A stretch of DNA of 64,000 nucleotides from positions 25,172,001 through 25,236,000 of the forward strand of contig OZ024753.1 of NCBI GenBank assembly GCA_964016885.1. Direction: 5' to 3'. This DNA is from Eledone cirrhosa. Its lineage: Eukaryota. The notes below the pieces were generated by a model that saw nothing but the letters and a program-made list of their open reading frames with translations, did not search any database and was not told the DNA's origin. Of this stretch, positions 31,348 to 46,700 are shown one piece after another; the first letter of the stretch is position 1; every line of letters begins with the position of its first letter. The translations under genes were made by a program, and so were the position numbers.

Positions 31348-34300
31348 AAACATGATAGTAATAACTCCAACCAAGACATAGAAACATGATAGTAATAACT
31401 CCAGTCAAGATATAGAAACATGATAGTAATAACCCCAATCAAGTTATAGAAACATGATAGTAATAACTCCAACCAAGACATAGAAACATGATAGTAATAA
31501 CTCCAACCAAAATATGGAAACATGATAGTAATAACTGCAATCAAGACATAGAAACAGGATAGTAATAACTCCAACCAAGACATAGAAACAGGATAGTAAT
31601 AACTCCAACCAAGACATAGAAACATGATAGTAATAACTCCAACCAAGATATAGAAACAGGATAGTAATAACTCCAACCAAGATATAGAAACAGTATAGTA
31701 ATAACTCCAGCCAAGATATAGAAACAGGATAGTAATAACTCCAACCAAGACATAGAAACAGGATAGTAATAACTCCAACCAAGACATAGAAACAGGATAG
31801 TAATAACTCCAACCAAGATATAGAAAGATGATAGTAATAACTCCAACCAAGATATAGAAACATGATAGTAATAACTCCAACCAAGACATAGAAACAGGAT
31901 AGTAATAACTCCAACCAAGACATAGAAACAGGATAGTAATAACCCCAGACAAGACATAGAAACAGGATAGTAATAACTCCAGACAAGACATAGAAACATG
32001 ATAGTAATAACTCCAACCAAGATATAGAAACATGATAGTAATAACTCCAACCAAGACATAGAAACAGGATAGTAATAACTCCAACCAAGACATAGAAACT
32101 GGATAGTAATAACTCCAGACAAGACATAGAAACAGGATAGTAATAACTCCAGACAAGACATAGAAACATGATAGTAATAACTCCAGCCAAGACATAGAAA
32201 CATGATAGTAATAATCCCGACAAGATATAGAAACATGATAGTAATAACTCCAGTCGAGACATAGAAACATGATAGAAATAACTCCAGTCAAGATATAGAA
32301 ACATGATAGTAATAACTCCAGTCAAGATATAGAAACATGATAGTAATAACTCCAATCAAGACATAGAAACATGATAGTAATAACTCCAGTCTAGATATAG
32401 AAACATGATAGTAATAACTCCAGTCAAGATATAGAAACATGATAGTAATAACTCCAACCAAGACATAGAAACATGATAGTAATAACTCCAGTCAAGATAT
32501 AGAAACATAATAGTAATAACTCCAATCAAGGTATAGAAACATGATAGTAATAACTCCAGTCAAGATATAGAAACATGATAGTAATATCTCCAGCCAAGAT
32601 ATAGAAACATGATAGTAATAACTCCAACCAAGACATAGAAACATGATAGTAATAACTCCAACCGAGACATAGAAACAGGATAGTAATAACTCCAACCAAG
32701 ATATAAAAACAGAATAGTAATAACTCCAACCAAAATATAGAAACATGATAGTAATAACTCCAAGCAAGATGTAGAAACAGGATAGTAATAACTCCAACCA
32801 AGACATAGAAACAGGATCGTAATAACTCCAACCAAAATATGGAAACATGATAGTAATAACTGCAATCAAGACATAGAAACAGGATAGTAATAACTCCAAC
32901 CAAGACATAGAAACAGGATAGTAATAACTCCAACCAAGACATAGAAACAGGATAGTAATAACTCCAACCAAGACATAGAAACAGGATAGTAATAACTCCA
33001 GCCAAGATATAGAAACAGGATAGTAATAACTCCAACCAAGATATAGAAACAGGATAGTAATAACTCCAGCCAAGATATAGAAACAGGATAGTAATAACTC
33101 CAACCAAGACATAGAAACAGGATAGTAATAACTCCAACCAAGACATAGAAACAGGATAGTAATAACTCCAGCCAAGATATAGAAACAGGATAGTAATAAC
33201 TCCAACCAAGACATAGAAACAGGATAGTAATAACTCCAACCAAGATATAGAAACATGATAGTAATAACTCCAGCCAAGATATAGAAACAGGATAGTAATA
33301 ACTCCAACCAAGACATAGAAACAGGATAGTAATAACTCCAACCAAGATATAGAAACATGATAGTAATAACTCCAACCAAGACATAGAAACAGGATAGTAA
33401 TAACTCCAACCAAGATATAGAAACATGATAATAATAACTCCAACCAAAATATAGAAACATGATAGTAATAACTCCAAACAAGATATAGAAACATGACAGT
33501 AATAACTCCAACCAAGACATAGAAACATGATAGTAATAACTCCAGTCAAGATATAGAAACATGATAGTAATAACCCCAATCAAGTTATAGAAACATGATA
33601 GTAATAACTCCAACCAAGACATAGAAACATGATAGTAATAACTCCCGCCAAGATATAGAAACATGATAGTAATAACTCCAACCAAGACATAGAAACAGGA
33701 TAGTAATAACTCCAACCAAGACATAGAAACAGGATAGTAATAACTCCAGACAAGACATAGAAACATGATAGTAATAACTCCAGCCAAGACATAGAAACAT
33801 GATAGTAATAATCCCGACAAGATATAGAAACATGATAGTAATAACTCCAGTCGAGACATAGAAACATGATAGAAATAACTCCTGTCAAGATATAGAAACA
33901 TGATAGTAATAACTCCAATCAAGACATAGAAACATGATAGTAATAACTCCAGTCTAGATATAGAAACATGATAGTAATAACTCCAGTCAAGATATAGAAA
34001 CATGATAGTAATAACTCCAACCAAGACATAGAAACATGATAGTAATAACTCCAGTCAAGATATAGAAACATAATAGTAATAACTCCAATCAAGGTATAGA
34101 AACATGATAGTAATAACTCCAGTCAAGATATAGAAACATGATAGTAATATCTCCAGCCAAGATATAGAAACATGATAGTAATAACTCCAACCAAGACATA
34201 GAAACATGATAGTAATAACTCCAACTGAGACATAGAAACAGGATAGTAATAACTCCAACCAAGATATAGAAACAGAATAGTAATAACTCCAACCAAAATA

Positions 34301-36870
34301 TAGAAACATGATAGTAATAACTCCAAGCAAGATATAGAAACAGGATAGTAATAACTCCAACCAAGACATAGAAACAGGATCGTAATAACTCCAACCAAAA
34401 TATGGAAACATGATAGTAATAACTGCAATCAAGACATAGAAACAGGATAGTAATAACTCCAACCAAGACATAGAAACAGGATAGTAATAACTCCAACCAA
34501 GACATAGAAACAGGATAGTAATAACTCCAACCAAGACATAGAAACAGGATAGTAATAACTCCAGCCAAGATATAGAAACATGATAGTAATATCTCCAGCC
34601 AAGATATAGAAACATGATAGTAATAACTCCAACCAAGACATAGAAACAGGATAGTAATAACTCCAACCAAGATATAGAAACATGATAGTAAGAACTCCAA
34701 CCAAGACATAGAAACAGGATAGTAATAACTCCAACCAAGATATAGAAACATGATAATAATAACTCCAACCAAAATATAGAAACATGATAGTAATAACTCC
34801 AAACAAGATATAGAAACATGACAGTAATAACTCCAACCAAGACATAGAAACATGATAGTAATAACTCCAGTCAAGATATAGAAACATGATAGTAATAACC
34901 CCAATCAAGTTATAGAAACATGATAGTAATAACTCCAACCAAGACATAGAAACATGATAGTAATAACTCCAGCCAAGATATAGAAACATGATAGTAATAA
35001 CTCCAACCAAGACATAGAAACAGGATAGTAATAACTCCAACCAAGACATAGAAACAGGATAGTAATAACTCCAGACAAGACATAGAAACAGGATAGTAAT
35101 AACTCCAGACAAGACATAGAAACATGATAGTTATAACTCCAACCAAGACATAGAAACATGATAATAATAACTCCAACCAAAATATAGAAACATGATAGTA
35201 ATAACTCCAAACAAGATATAGAAACATGACAGTAATAACTCCAACCAAGACATAGAAACATGATAGTAATAACTCCAGTCAAGATATCGAAACATGATAG
35301 TAATAACTCCAGTCAAGATATAGAAACATGATAGTAATAACTCCAGCCAAGACATAGAAACATGATAGTAATAACTCCAGTCAAGACATAGAAACATGAT
35401 AGTAATAACTCCAGACAAGACATACAAACAAGATAGTAATAACTCCAGACAAGACATAGAAACATGATAGTAATAACTCCAACCAAGATATAGAAACATG
35501 ATAGTAATAACTCCAGTCAAGATATAAAAACATGATAGTAATAACTCCAAACAAGACATAGAAACATGATAGTAATAACTCCAACCAAGACATAGAAACA
35601 TGATAGTAATAACTCCAGTCAAGATATAGAAACATGATAGTAACAACTCCAGTCAAGATATAAAAACATGATAGTAATAACTCCAAACAAGACATAGAAA
35701 CATGATAGTAATAAATCCAACCAAAATATGGAAACATGATAGTAATAACTGCAATCAAGACATAGAAACAGGATAGTAATAACTCCAACCAAGACATAGA
35801 AACAGGATAGTAATAACTCCAACCAAGACATAGAAACAGGATAGGAATAACTCCAACCAAGACATAGAAACAGGATAGTAATAACTCCAGCCAAGATATA
35901 GAAACAGGATAGTAATAACTCCAACCAAGACATAGAAACAGGATAGTAATAACTCCAACCAAGATATAGAAACATGATAGTAATAACTCCAGCCAAGATA
36001 TAGAAACAGGATAGTAATAACTCCAACCAAGACATAGAAACAGGATAGTAATAACTCCAACCAAGATATAGAAACATGATAGTAATAACTCCAACCAAGA
36101 TATAGAAACATGATAGTAATAACTCCAACCAAGACATAGAAACAGGATAGTAATAACTCCAACCAAGACATAGAAACAGGATAGTAATAACTGCAGACAA
36201 GACATAGAAACAGGATAGTAATAACTCCAGACAAGACATAGAAACATGATAGTAATAACTCCAACCAAGATATAGAAACATGATAGTAATAACTCCAACC
36301 AAGACATAGAAACAGGATAGTAATAACTCCAACCAAGACATAGAAACAGGATAGTAATAACTCCAGACAAGACATAGAAACAGGATAGTAATAACTCCAG
36401 ACAAGACATAGAAACAGGATAGTAATAACTCCAGACAAGACATAGAAACATGATAGTAATAACTCCAACCAAGACATAGAAACAGGATAGTAATAACTCC
36501 AGACAAGACATAGAAACATGATAGTAATAACTCCAACCAAGACATAGAAACATGATAGTAATAATCCCGACAAGATATAGAAACATGATAGTAATAACTC
36601 CAGTCAAGAGATAGAAACATGATAGTAATAACTCCAGTCGAGACATAGAAACATGATAGTAATAACTCCAGTCAAGATATAGAAACATGATAGTAATAAC
36701 TCCAGTCAAGATATAGAAACATGATAGTAATAACTCCAATCAAGACATAGAAACATGATAGTAATAACTCCAGTCTAGATATAGAAACATGATAGTAATA
36801 ACTCCAGTCAAGATATAGAAACATGATAGTAATAACTCCAACCAAGACATAGAAACATGATAGTAATAAC

Positions 36871-37771
36871 TCCAGTCAAGATATAGAAACATAAAAGTAA
36901 TAACTCCAATCAAGGTATAGAAACATGATAGTAATAACTCCAGACAAGACATAGAAACATGATAGTAATAACTCCAGTCAAGATATAAAAACATGATAGT
37001 AATAACTCCAAACAAGACATAGAAACATGATAGTAATAACTCCAGTGAAGATATAGAAACATGATAGTAATAACTCCAGACAAGATATAGAAACAGGATA
37101 GTAATAACCCCAATAAAAGACATAGAAACATGATAGGAATAACTCCAGCCAAGACATAGAAACATGATAGTAATAACTCCAGTCAAGACATAGAAACATG
37201 ATAGTAATAACTCCAGACAAGACATAGAAACATGATAGTAATAACTCCAGACAAGACATAGAAACATGATAGTAATAACTCCAACCAAGATATAGAAACA
37301 TGATAGTAATAACTCCAGTCAAGATATAAAAACATGATAGTAATAACTCCAAACAAGACATAGAAACATGATAGTAATAACTCCAACCAAGACATAGAAA
37401 CATGATAGTAATAACTCCAGTCAAGATATAGAAACATGATAGTAATAACTCCAGTCAAGATATAAAAACATGATAGTAATAACTCCAAACAAGACATAGA
37501 AACATGATAGTAATAACTCCAGTGAAGATATAGAAACATGATAGTAATAACTCCAGACAAGATATAGAAACAGGATAGTAATAACCCCAATCAAGATATA
37601 GAAACATGATAGTAATAACTCCAGTCAAGATATAGAAACATGATAGTAATAACCCCAATCAAGATATAGAAACAGGATAGTAATAACTCTAGTCAAGATA
37701 TAGAAACATGATAGTAATAACTCCAATCAAGGCATAGAAACATTATAGTAATAACTCCAGTCAAGAGATAG
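36871..37771. repeat. Divergent monomer block, copy 3 of 3
   Basis: 'ccccaataaaagac' at 37108 with the same marker order. Confidence 0.85.
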
Positions 37772-40700
37772 AAACATGATAGTAATAACTCCAACCAAGA
37801 CATAGAAACATGATAGTAATAACTCCAGTCAAGATATAGAAACATGATAGTAATAACCCCAATCAAGTTATAGAAACATGATAGTAATAACTCCAACCAA
37901 GACATAGAAACATGATAGTAATAACTCCAACCAAAATATGGAAACATGATAGTAATAACTGCAATCAAGACATAGAAACAGGATAGTAATAACTCCAACC
38001 AAGACATAGAAACAGGATAGTAATAACTCCAACCAAGACATAGAAACATGATAGTAATAACTCCAACCAAGATATAGAAACAGGATAGTAATAACTCCAA
38101 CCAAGATATAGAAACAGGATAGTAATAACTCCAGCCAAGATATAGAAACAGGATAGTAATAACTCCAACCAAGACATAGAAACAGGATAGTAATAACTCC
38201 AACCAAGACATAGAAACAGGATAGTAATAACTCCAACCAAGATATAGAAAGATGATAGTAATAACTCCGACCAAGATATAGAAACATGATAGTAATAACT
38301 CCAACCAAGACATAGAAACAGGATAGTAATAACTCCAACCAAGACATAGAAACAGGATAGTAATAACCCCAGACAAGACATAGAAACAGGATAGTAATAA
38401 CTCCAGACAAGACATAGAAACATGATAGTAATAACTCCAACCAAGATATAGAAACATGATAGTAATAACTCCAACCAAGACATAGAAACAGGATAGTAAT
38501 AACTCCAACCAAGACATAGAAACAGGATAGTAATAACTCCAGACAAGACATAGAAACAGGATAGTAATAACTCCAGACAAGACATAGAAACATGATAGTA
38601 ATAACTCCAGCCAAGACATAGAAACATGATAGTAATAATCCCGACAAGATATAGAAACATGATAGTAATAACTCCAGTCGAGACATAGAAACATGATAGA
38701 AATAACTCCAGTCAAGATATAGAAACATGATAGTAATAACTCCAGTCAAGATATAGAAACATGATAGTAATAACTCCAATCAAGACATAGAAACATGATA
38801 GTAATAACTCCAGTCTAGATATAGAAACATGATAGTAATAACTCCAGTCAAGATATAGAAACATGATAGTAATAACTCCAACCAAGACATAGAAACATGA
38901 TAGTAATAACTCCAGTCAAGATATAGAAACATAATAGTAATAACTCCAATCAAGGTATAGAAACATGATAGTAATAACTCCAGTCAAGATATAGAAACAT
39001 GATAGTAATATCTCCAGCCAAGATATAGAAACATGATAGTAATAACTCCAACCAAGACATAGAAACATGATAGTAATAACTCCAACCGAGACATAGAAAC
39101 AGGATAGTAATAACTCCAACCAAGATATAAAAACAGAATAGTAATAACTCCAACCAAAATATAGAAACATGATAGTAATAACTCCAAGCAAGATGTAGAA
39201 ACAGGATAGTAATAACTCCAACCAAGACATAGAAACAGGATCGTAATAACTCCAACCAAAATATGGAAACATGATAGTAATAACTGCAATCAAGACATAG
39301 AAACAGGATAGTAATAACTCCAACCAAGACATAGAAACAGGATAGTAATAACTCCAACCAAGACATAGAAACAGGATAGTAATAACTCCAACCAAGACAT
39401 AGAAACAGGATAGTAATAACTCCAGCCAAGATATAGAAACAGGATAGTAATAACTCCAACCAAGATATAGAAACAGGATAGTAATAACTCCAGCCAAGAT
39501 ATAGAAACAGGATAGTAATAACTCCAACCAAGACATAGAAACAGGATAGTAATAACTCCAACCAAGACATAGAAACAGGATAGTAATAACTCCAGCCAAG
39601 ATATAGAAACAGGATAGTAATAACTCCAACCAAGACATAGAAACAGGATAGTAATAACTCCAACCAAGATATAGAAACATGATAGTAATAACTCCAGCCA
39701 AGATATAGAAACAGGATAGTAATAACTCCAACCAAGACATAGAAACAGGATAGTAATAACTCCAACCAAGATATAGAAACATGATAGTAATAACTCCAAC
39801 CAAGACATAGAAACAGGATAGTAATAACTCCAACCAAGATATAGAAACATGATAATAATAACTCCAACCAAAATATAGAAACATGATAGTAATAACTCCA
39901 AACAAGATATAGAAACATGACAGTAATAACTCCAACCAAGACATAGAAACATGATAGTAATAACTCCAGTCAAGATATAGAAACATGATAGTAATAACCC
40001 CAATCAAGTTATAGAAACATGATAGTAATAACTCCAACCAAGACATAGAAACATGATAGTAATAACTCCCGCCAAGATATAGAAACATGATAGTAATAAC
40101 TCCAACCAAGACATAGAAACAGGATAGTAATAACTCCAACCAAGACATAGAAACAGGATAGTAATAACTCCAGACAAGACATAGAAACATGATAGTAATA
40201 ACTCCAGCCAAGACATAGAAACATGATAGTAATAATCCCGACAAGATATAGAAACATGATAGTAATAACTCCAGTCGAGACATAGAAACATGATAGAAAT
40301 AACTCCAGTCAAGATATAGAAACATGATAGTAATAACTCCAATCAAGGTATAGAAACATGATAGTAATAACTCCAGTCAAGCTATAGAAACATGATAGTA
40401 ATAACTCCAACCAAGACATAGAAACAGGATAGTAATAACTCCAACCAAGACATAGAAACAGGATAGTAATAACTCCAGACAAGACATAGAAACATGATAG
40501 TAATAACTCCAGCCAAGACATAGAAACATGATAGTAATAATCCCGACAAGATATAGAAACATGATAGTAATAACTCCAGTAGAGACATAGAAACATGATA
40601 GAAATAACTCCAGTCAAGATATAGAAACATAATAGTAATAACTCCAATCAAGGTATAGAAACATGATAGTAATAACTCCAGTCAAGATATAGAAACATGA

Positions 40701-43700
40701 TAGTAATATCTCCAGCCAAGATATAGAAACATGATAGTAATAACTCCAACCAAGACATAGAAACATGATAGTAATAACTCCAACCGAGACATAGAAACAG
40801 GATAGTAATAACTCCAACCAAGATATAGAAACAGAATAGTAATAACTCCAACCAAAATATAGAAACATGATAGTAATAACTCCAAGCAAGATATAGAAAC
40901 AGGATAGTAATAACTCCAACCAAGACATAGAAACAGGATCGTAATAACTCCAACCAAAATATGGAAACATGATAGTAATAACTGCAATCAAAACATAGAA
41001 ACAGGATAGTAATAACTCCAACCAAGACATAGAAACAGGATAGTAATGACTCCAACCAAGACATAGAAACAGGATAGTAATAACTCCAACCAAGACATAG
41101 AAACAGGATAGTAATAACTCCAGCCAAGATATAGAAACAGGATAGTAATAACTCCAACCAAGATATAGAAACAGGATAGTAATAACTCCAGCCAAGATAT
41201 AGAAACAGGATAGTAATAACTCCAACCAAGACATAGAAACAGGATAGTAATAACTCCAACCAAGACATAGAAACAGGATAGTAATAACTCCAGCCAAGAT
41301 ATAGAAACAGGATAGTAATAACTCCAACCAAGACATAGAAACAGGATAGTAATAACTCCAACCAAGATATAGAAACATGATAGTAATAACTCCAGCCAAG
41401 ATATAGAAACAGGATAGTAATAACTCCAACCAAGACATAGAAACAGGATAGTAATAACTCCAACCAAGATATAGAAACATGATAGTAATAACTCCAACCA
41501 AGACATAGAAACAGGATAGTAATAACTCCAACCAAGATATAGAAACATGATAATAATAACTCCAACCAAAATATAGAAACATGATAGTAATAACTCCAAA
41601 CAAGATATAGAAACATGACAGTAATAACTCCAACCAAGACATAGAAACATGATAGTAATAACTCCAGTCAAGATATAGAAACATGATAGTAATAACCCCA
41701 ATCAAGTTATAGAAACATGATAGTAATAACTCCAACCAAGACATAGAAACATGATAGTAATAACTCCCACCAAGATATAGAAACATGATAGTAATAACTC
41801 CAACCAAGACATAGAAACAGGATAGTAATAACTCCAACCAAGACATAGAAACAGGATAGTAATAACTCCAGACAAGACATAGAAACATGATAGTAATAAC
41901 TCCAGCCAAGACATAGAAACATGATAGTAATAATCCCGACAAGATATAGAAACATGATAGTAATAACTCCAGTCGAGACATAGAAACATGATAGAAATAA
42001 CTCCAGTCAAGATATAGAAACATGATAGTAATAACTCCAGTCAAGATATAGAAACATGATAGTAATAACTCCAATCAAGACATAGAAACATGATAGTAAT
42101 AACTCCAGTCTAGATATAGAAACATGATAGTAATAACTCCAGTCAAGATATAGAAACATGATAGTAATAACTCCAACCAAGACATAGAAACATGATAGTA
42201 ATAACTCCAGTCAAGATATAGAAACATAATAGTAATAACTCCAATCAAGGTATAGAAACCTGATAGTAATAACTCCAGTCAAGATATAGTAACATGATAG
42301 TAATAACTCCAGCCAAGATATAGAAACATGATAGTAATAACTCCAACCAAGACATAGAAACAGGATAGTAATAACTCCAACCAAGATATAGAAACAGAAT
42401 AGTAATAACTCCAACCAAAATATAGAAACATGATAGTAATAACTCCAAGCAAGATATAGAAACAGGATAGTAATAACTCCAACCAAGACATAGAAACAGG
42501 ATCGTGATAACTCCAACCAAAATATGGAAACATGATAGTAATAACTGCAATCAAGACATAGAAACAGGATAGTAATAACTCCAACCAAGACATAGAAACA
42601 GGATAGTAATAACTCCAGCCAAGATATAGAAACAGGATAGTAATAACTCCAACCAAGACATAGAAACAGGATAGTAATAACTCCAACCAAGACATAGAAA
42701 CATGATAGTAATAACTCCAGTCTAGATATAGAAACATGATAGTAATAACTCCAGTCAAGATATAGAAACATGATAGTAATAACTCCAACCAAGACATAGA
42801 AACATGATAGTAATAACTCCAGTCAAGATATAGAAACATAATAGTAATAACTCCAATCAAGGTATAGAAACCTGATAGTAATAACTCCAGTCAAGATATA
42901 GTAACATGATAGTAATAACTCCAGCCAAGATATAGAAACATGATAGTAATAACTCCAACCAAGACATAGAAACAGGATAGTAATAACTCCAACCAAGATA
43001 TAGAAACAGAATAGTAATAACTCCAACCAAAATATAGAAACATGATAGTAATAACTCCAAGCAAGATATAGAAACAGGATAGTAATAACTCCAACCAAGA
43101 CATAGAAACAGGATCGTGATAACTCCAACCAAAATATGGAAACATGATAGTAATAACTGCAATCAAGACATAGAAACAGGATAGTAATAACTCCAACCAA
43201 GACATAGAAACAGGATAGTAATAACTCCAGCCAAGATATAGAAACAGGATAGTAATAACTCCAACCAAGACATAGAAACAGGATAGTAATAACTCCAACC
43301 AAGATATAGAAACATGATAGTAATAACTCCAGCCAAGATATAGAAACAGGATAGTAATAACTCCCGCCAAGATATAGAAACATGATAGTAATAACTCCAA
43401 CCAAGATATAGAAACAGGATAGTAATAACTCCAACCAAGACATAGAAACAGGATAGTAATAACTCCAGACAAGACATAGAAACATGATAGTAATAACTCC
43501 AGCCAAGACATAGAAACATGATAGTAATAATCCCGACAAGATATAGAAACATGATAGTAATAACTCCAGTCGAGACATAGAAACATGATAGAAATAACTC
43601 CAGTCAAGATATAGAAACATGATAGTAATAACTCCAATCAAGGTATAGAAACATGATAGTAATAACTCCAGTCAAGATATAGAAACATGATAGTAATAAC

Positions 43701-46700
43701 TCCAACCAAGACATAGAAACAGGATCGTAATAACTCCAACCAAGACATAGAAACAGGATAGTAATAACTCCAGACAAGACATAGAAACATGATAGTAATA
43801 ACTCCAGCCAAGACATAGAAACATGATAGTAATAATCCCGACAAGATATAGAAACATGATAGTAATAACTCCAGTCGAGACATAGAAACATGATAGAAAT
43901 AACTCCAGTCAAGATATAGAAACATAATAGTAATAACTCCAATCAAGGTATAGAAACATGATAGTAATAACTCCAGTCAAGATATAGAAACATGATAGTA
44001 ATATCTCCAGCCAAGATATAGAAACATGATAGTAATAACTCTAGTCAAGATATAGAAACATGATAGTAATAACTCCAATCAAGGCATAGAAACATTATAG
44101 TAATAACTCCAGTCAAGAGATAGAAACATGATAGTAATAACTCCAACCAAGACATAGAAACATGATAGTAATAACTCCAGTCAAGATATAGAAACATGAT
44201 AGTAATAACCCCAATCAAGTTATAGAAACATGATAGTAATAACTCCAACCAAGACATAGAAACATGATAGTAATAACTCCAACCAAAATATGGAAACATG
44301 ATAGTAATAACTGCAATCAAGACATAGAAACAGGATAGTAATAACTCCAACCAAGACATAGAAACAGGATAGTAATAACTCCAACCAAGACATAGAAACA
44401 TGATAGTAATAACTCCAACCAAGATATAGAAACAGGATAGTAATAACTCCAACCAAGATATAGAAACAGGATAGTAATAACTCCAGCCAAGATATAGAAA
44501 CAGGATAGTAATAACTCCAACCAAGACATAGAAACAGGATAGTAATAACTCCAACCAAGACATAGAAACAGGATAGTAATAACTCCAACCAAGATATAGA
44601 AAGATGATAGTAATAACTCCAACCAAGATATAGAAACATGATAGTAATAACTCCAACCAAGACATAGAAACAGGATAGTAATAACTCCAACCAAGACATA
44701 GAAACAGGATAGTAATAACCCCAGACAAGACATAGAAACAGGATAGTAATAACTCCAGACAAGACATAGAAACATGATAGTAATAACTCCAACCAAGATA
44801 TAGAAACATGATAGTAATAACTCCAACCAAGACATAGAAACAGGATAGTAATAACTCCAACCAAGACATAGAAACAGGATAGTAATAACTCCAGACAAGA
44901 CATAGAAACAGGATAGTAATAACTCCAGACAAGACATAGAAACATGATAGTAATAACTCCAGCCAAGACATAGAAACATGATAGTAATAATCCCGACAAG
45001 ATATAGAAACATGATAGTAATAACTCCAGTCGAGACATAGAAACATGATAGAAATAACTCCAGTCAAGATATAGAAACATGATAGTAATAACTCCAGTCA
45101 AGATATAGAAACATGATAGTAATAACTCCAATCAAGACATAGAAACATGATAGTAATAACTCCAGTCTAGATATAGAAACATGATAGTAATAACTCCAGT
45201 CAAGATATAGAAACATGATAGTAATAACTCCAACCAAGACATAGAAACATGATAGTAATAACTCCAGTCAAGATATAGAAACATAATAGTAATAACTCCA
45301 ATCAAGGTATAGAAACATGATAGTAATAACTCCAGTCAAGATATAGAAACATGATAGTAATATCTCCAGCCAAGATATAGAAACATGATAGTAATAACTC
45401 CAACCAAGACATAGAAACATGATAGTAATAACTCCAACCGAGACATAGAAACAGGATAGTAATAACTCCAACCAAGATATAAAAACAGAATAGTAATAAC
45501 TCCAACCAAAATATAGAAACATGATAGTAATAACTCCAAGCAAGATGTAGAAACAGGATAGTAATAACTCCAACCAAGACATAGAAACAGGATCGTAATA
45601 ACTCCAACCAAAATATGGAAACATGATAGTAATAACTGCAATCAAGACATAGAAACAGGATAGTAATAACTCCAACCAAGACATAGAAACAGGATAGTAA
45701 TAACTCCAACCAAGACATAGAAACAGGATAGTAATAACTCCAACCAAGACATAGAAACAGGATAGTAATAACTCCAGCCAAGATATAGAAACAGGATAGT
45801 AATAACTCCAACCAAGATATAGAAACAGGATAGTAATAACTCCAGCCAAGATATAGAAACAGGATAGTAATAACTCCAACCAAGACATAGAAACAGGATA
45901 GTAATAACTCCAACCAAGACATAGAAACAGGATAGTAATAACTCCAGCCAAGATATAGAAACAGGATAGTAATAACTCCAACCAAGACATAGAAACAGGA
46001 TAGTAATAACTCCAACCAAGATATAGAAACATGATAGTAATAACTCCAGCCAAGATATAGAAACAGGATAGTAATAACTCCAACCAAGACATAGAAACAG
46101 GATAGTAATAACTCCAACCAAGATATAGAAACATGATAGTAATAACTCCAACCAAGACATAGAAACAGGATAGTAATAACTCCAACCAAGATATAGAAAC
46201 ATGATAATAATAACTCCAACCAAAATATAGAAACATGATAGTAATAACTCCAAACAAGATATAGAAACATGACAGTAATAACTCCAACCAAGACATAGAA
46301 ACATGATAGTAATAACTCCAGTCAAGATATAGAAACATGATAGTAATAACCCCAATCAAGTTATAGAAACATGATAGTAATAACTCCAACCAAGACATAG
46401 AAACATGATAGTAATAACTCCCGCCAAGATATAGAAACATGATAGTAATAACTCCAACCAAGACATAGAAACAGGATAGTAATAACTCCAACCAAGACAT
46501 AGAAACAGGATAGTAATAACTCCAGACAAGACATAGAAACATGATAGTAATAACTCCAGCCAAGACATAGAAACATGATAGTAATAATCCCGACAAGATA
46601 TAGAAACATGATAGTAATAACTCCAGTCGAGACATAGAAACATGATAGAAATAACTCCAGTCAAGATATAGAAACATGATAGTAATAACTCCAATCAAGG

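Larger units (their letters stand above)
27450..40297. repeat. Tandem duplication with 6,424-bp period (189 monomers)
   Basis: Markers recur at +6424: 'cctgtc' 27457/33881; 33-bp units 30141/36565, 32215/38639, 33812/40236; 35-bp unit 30684/37108; ORFs 27631/34055, 28957/35381, 31269/37693. Confidence 0.92.
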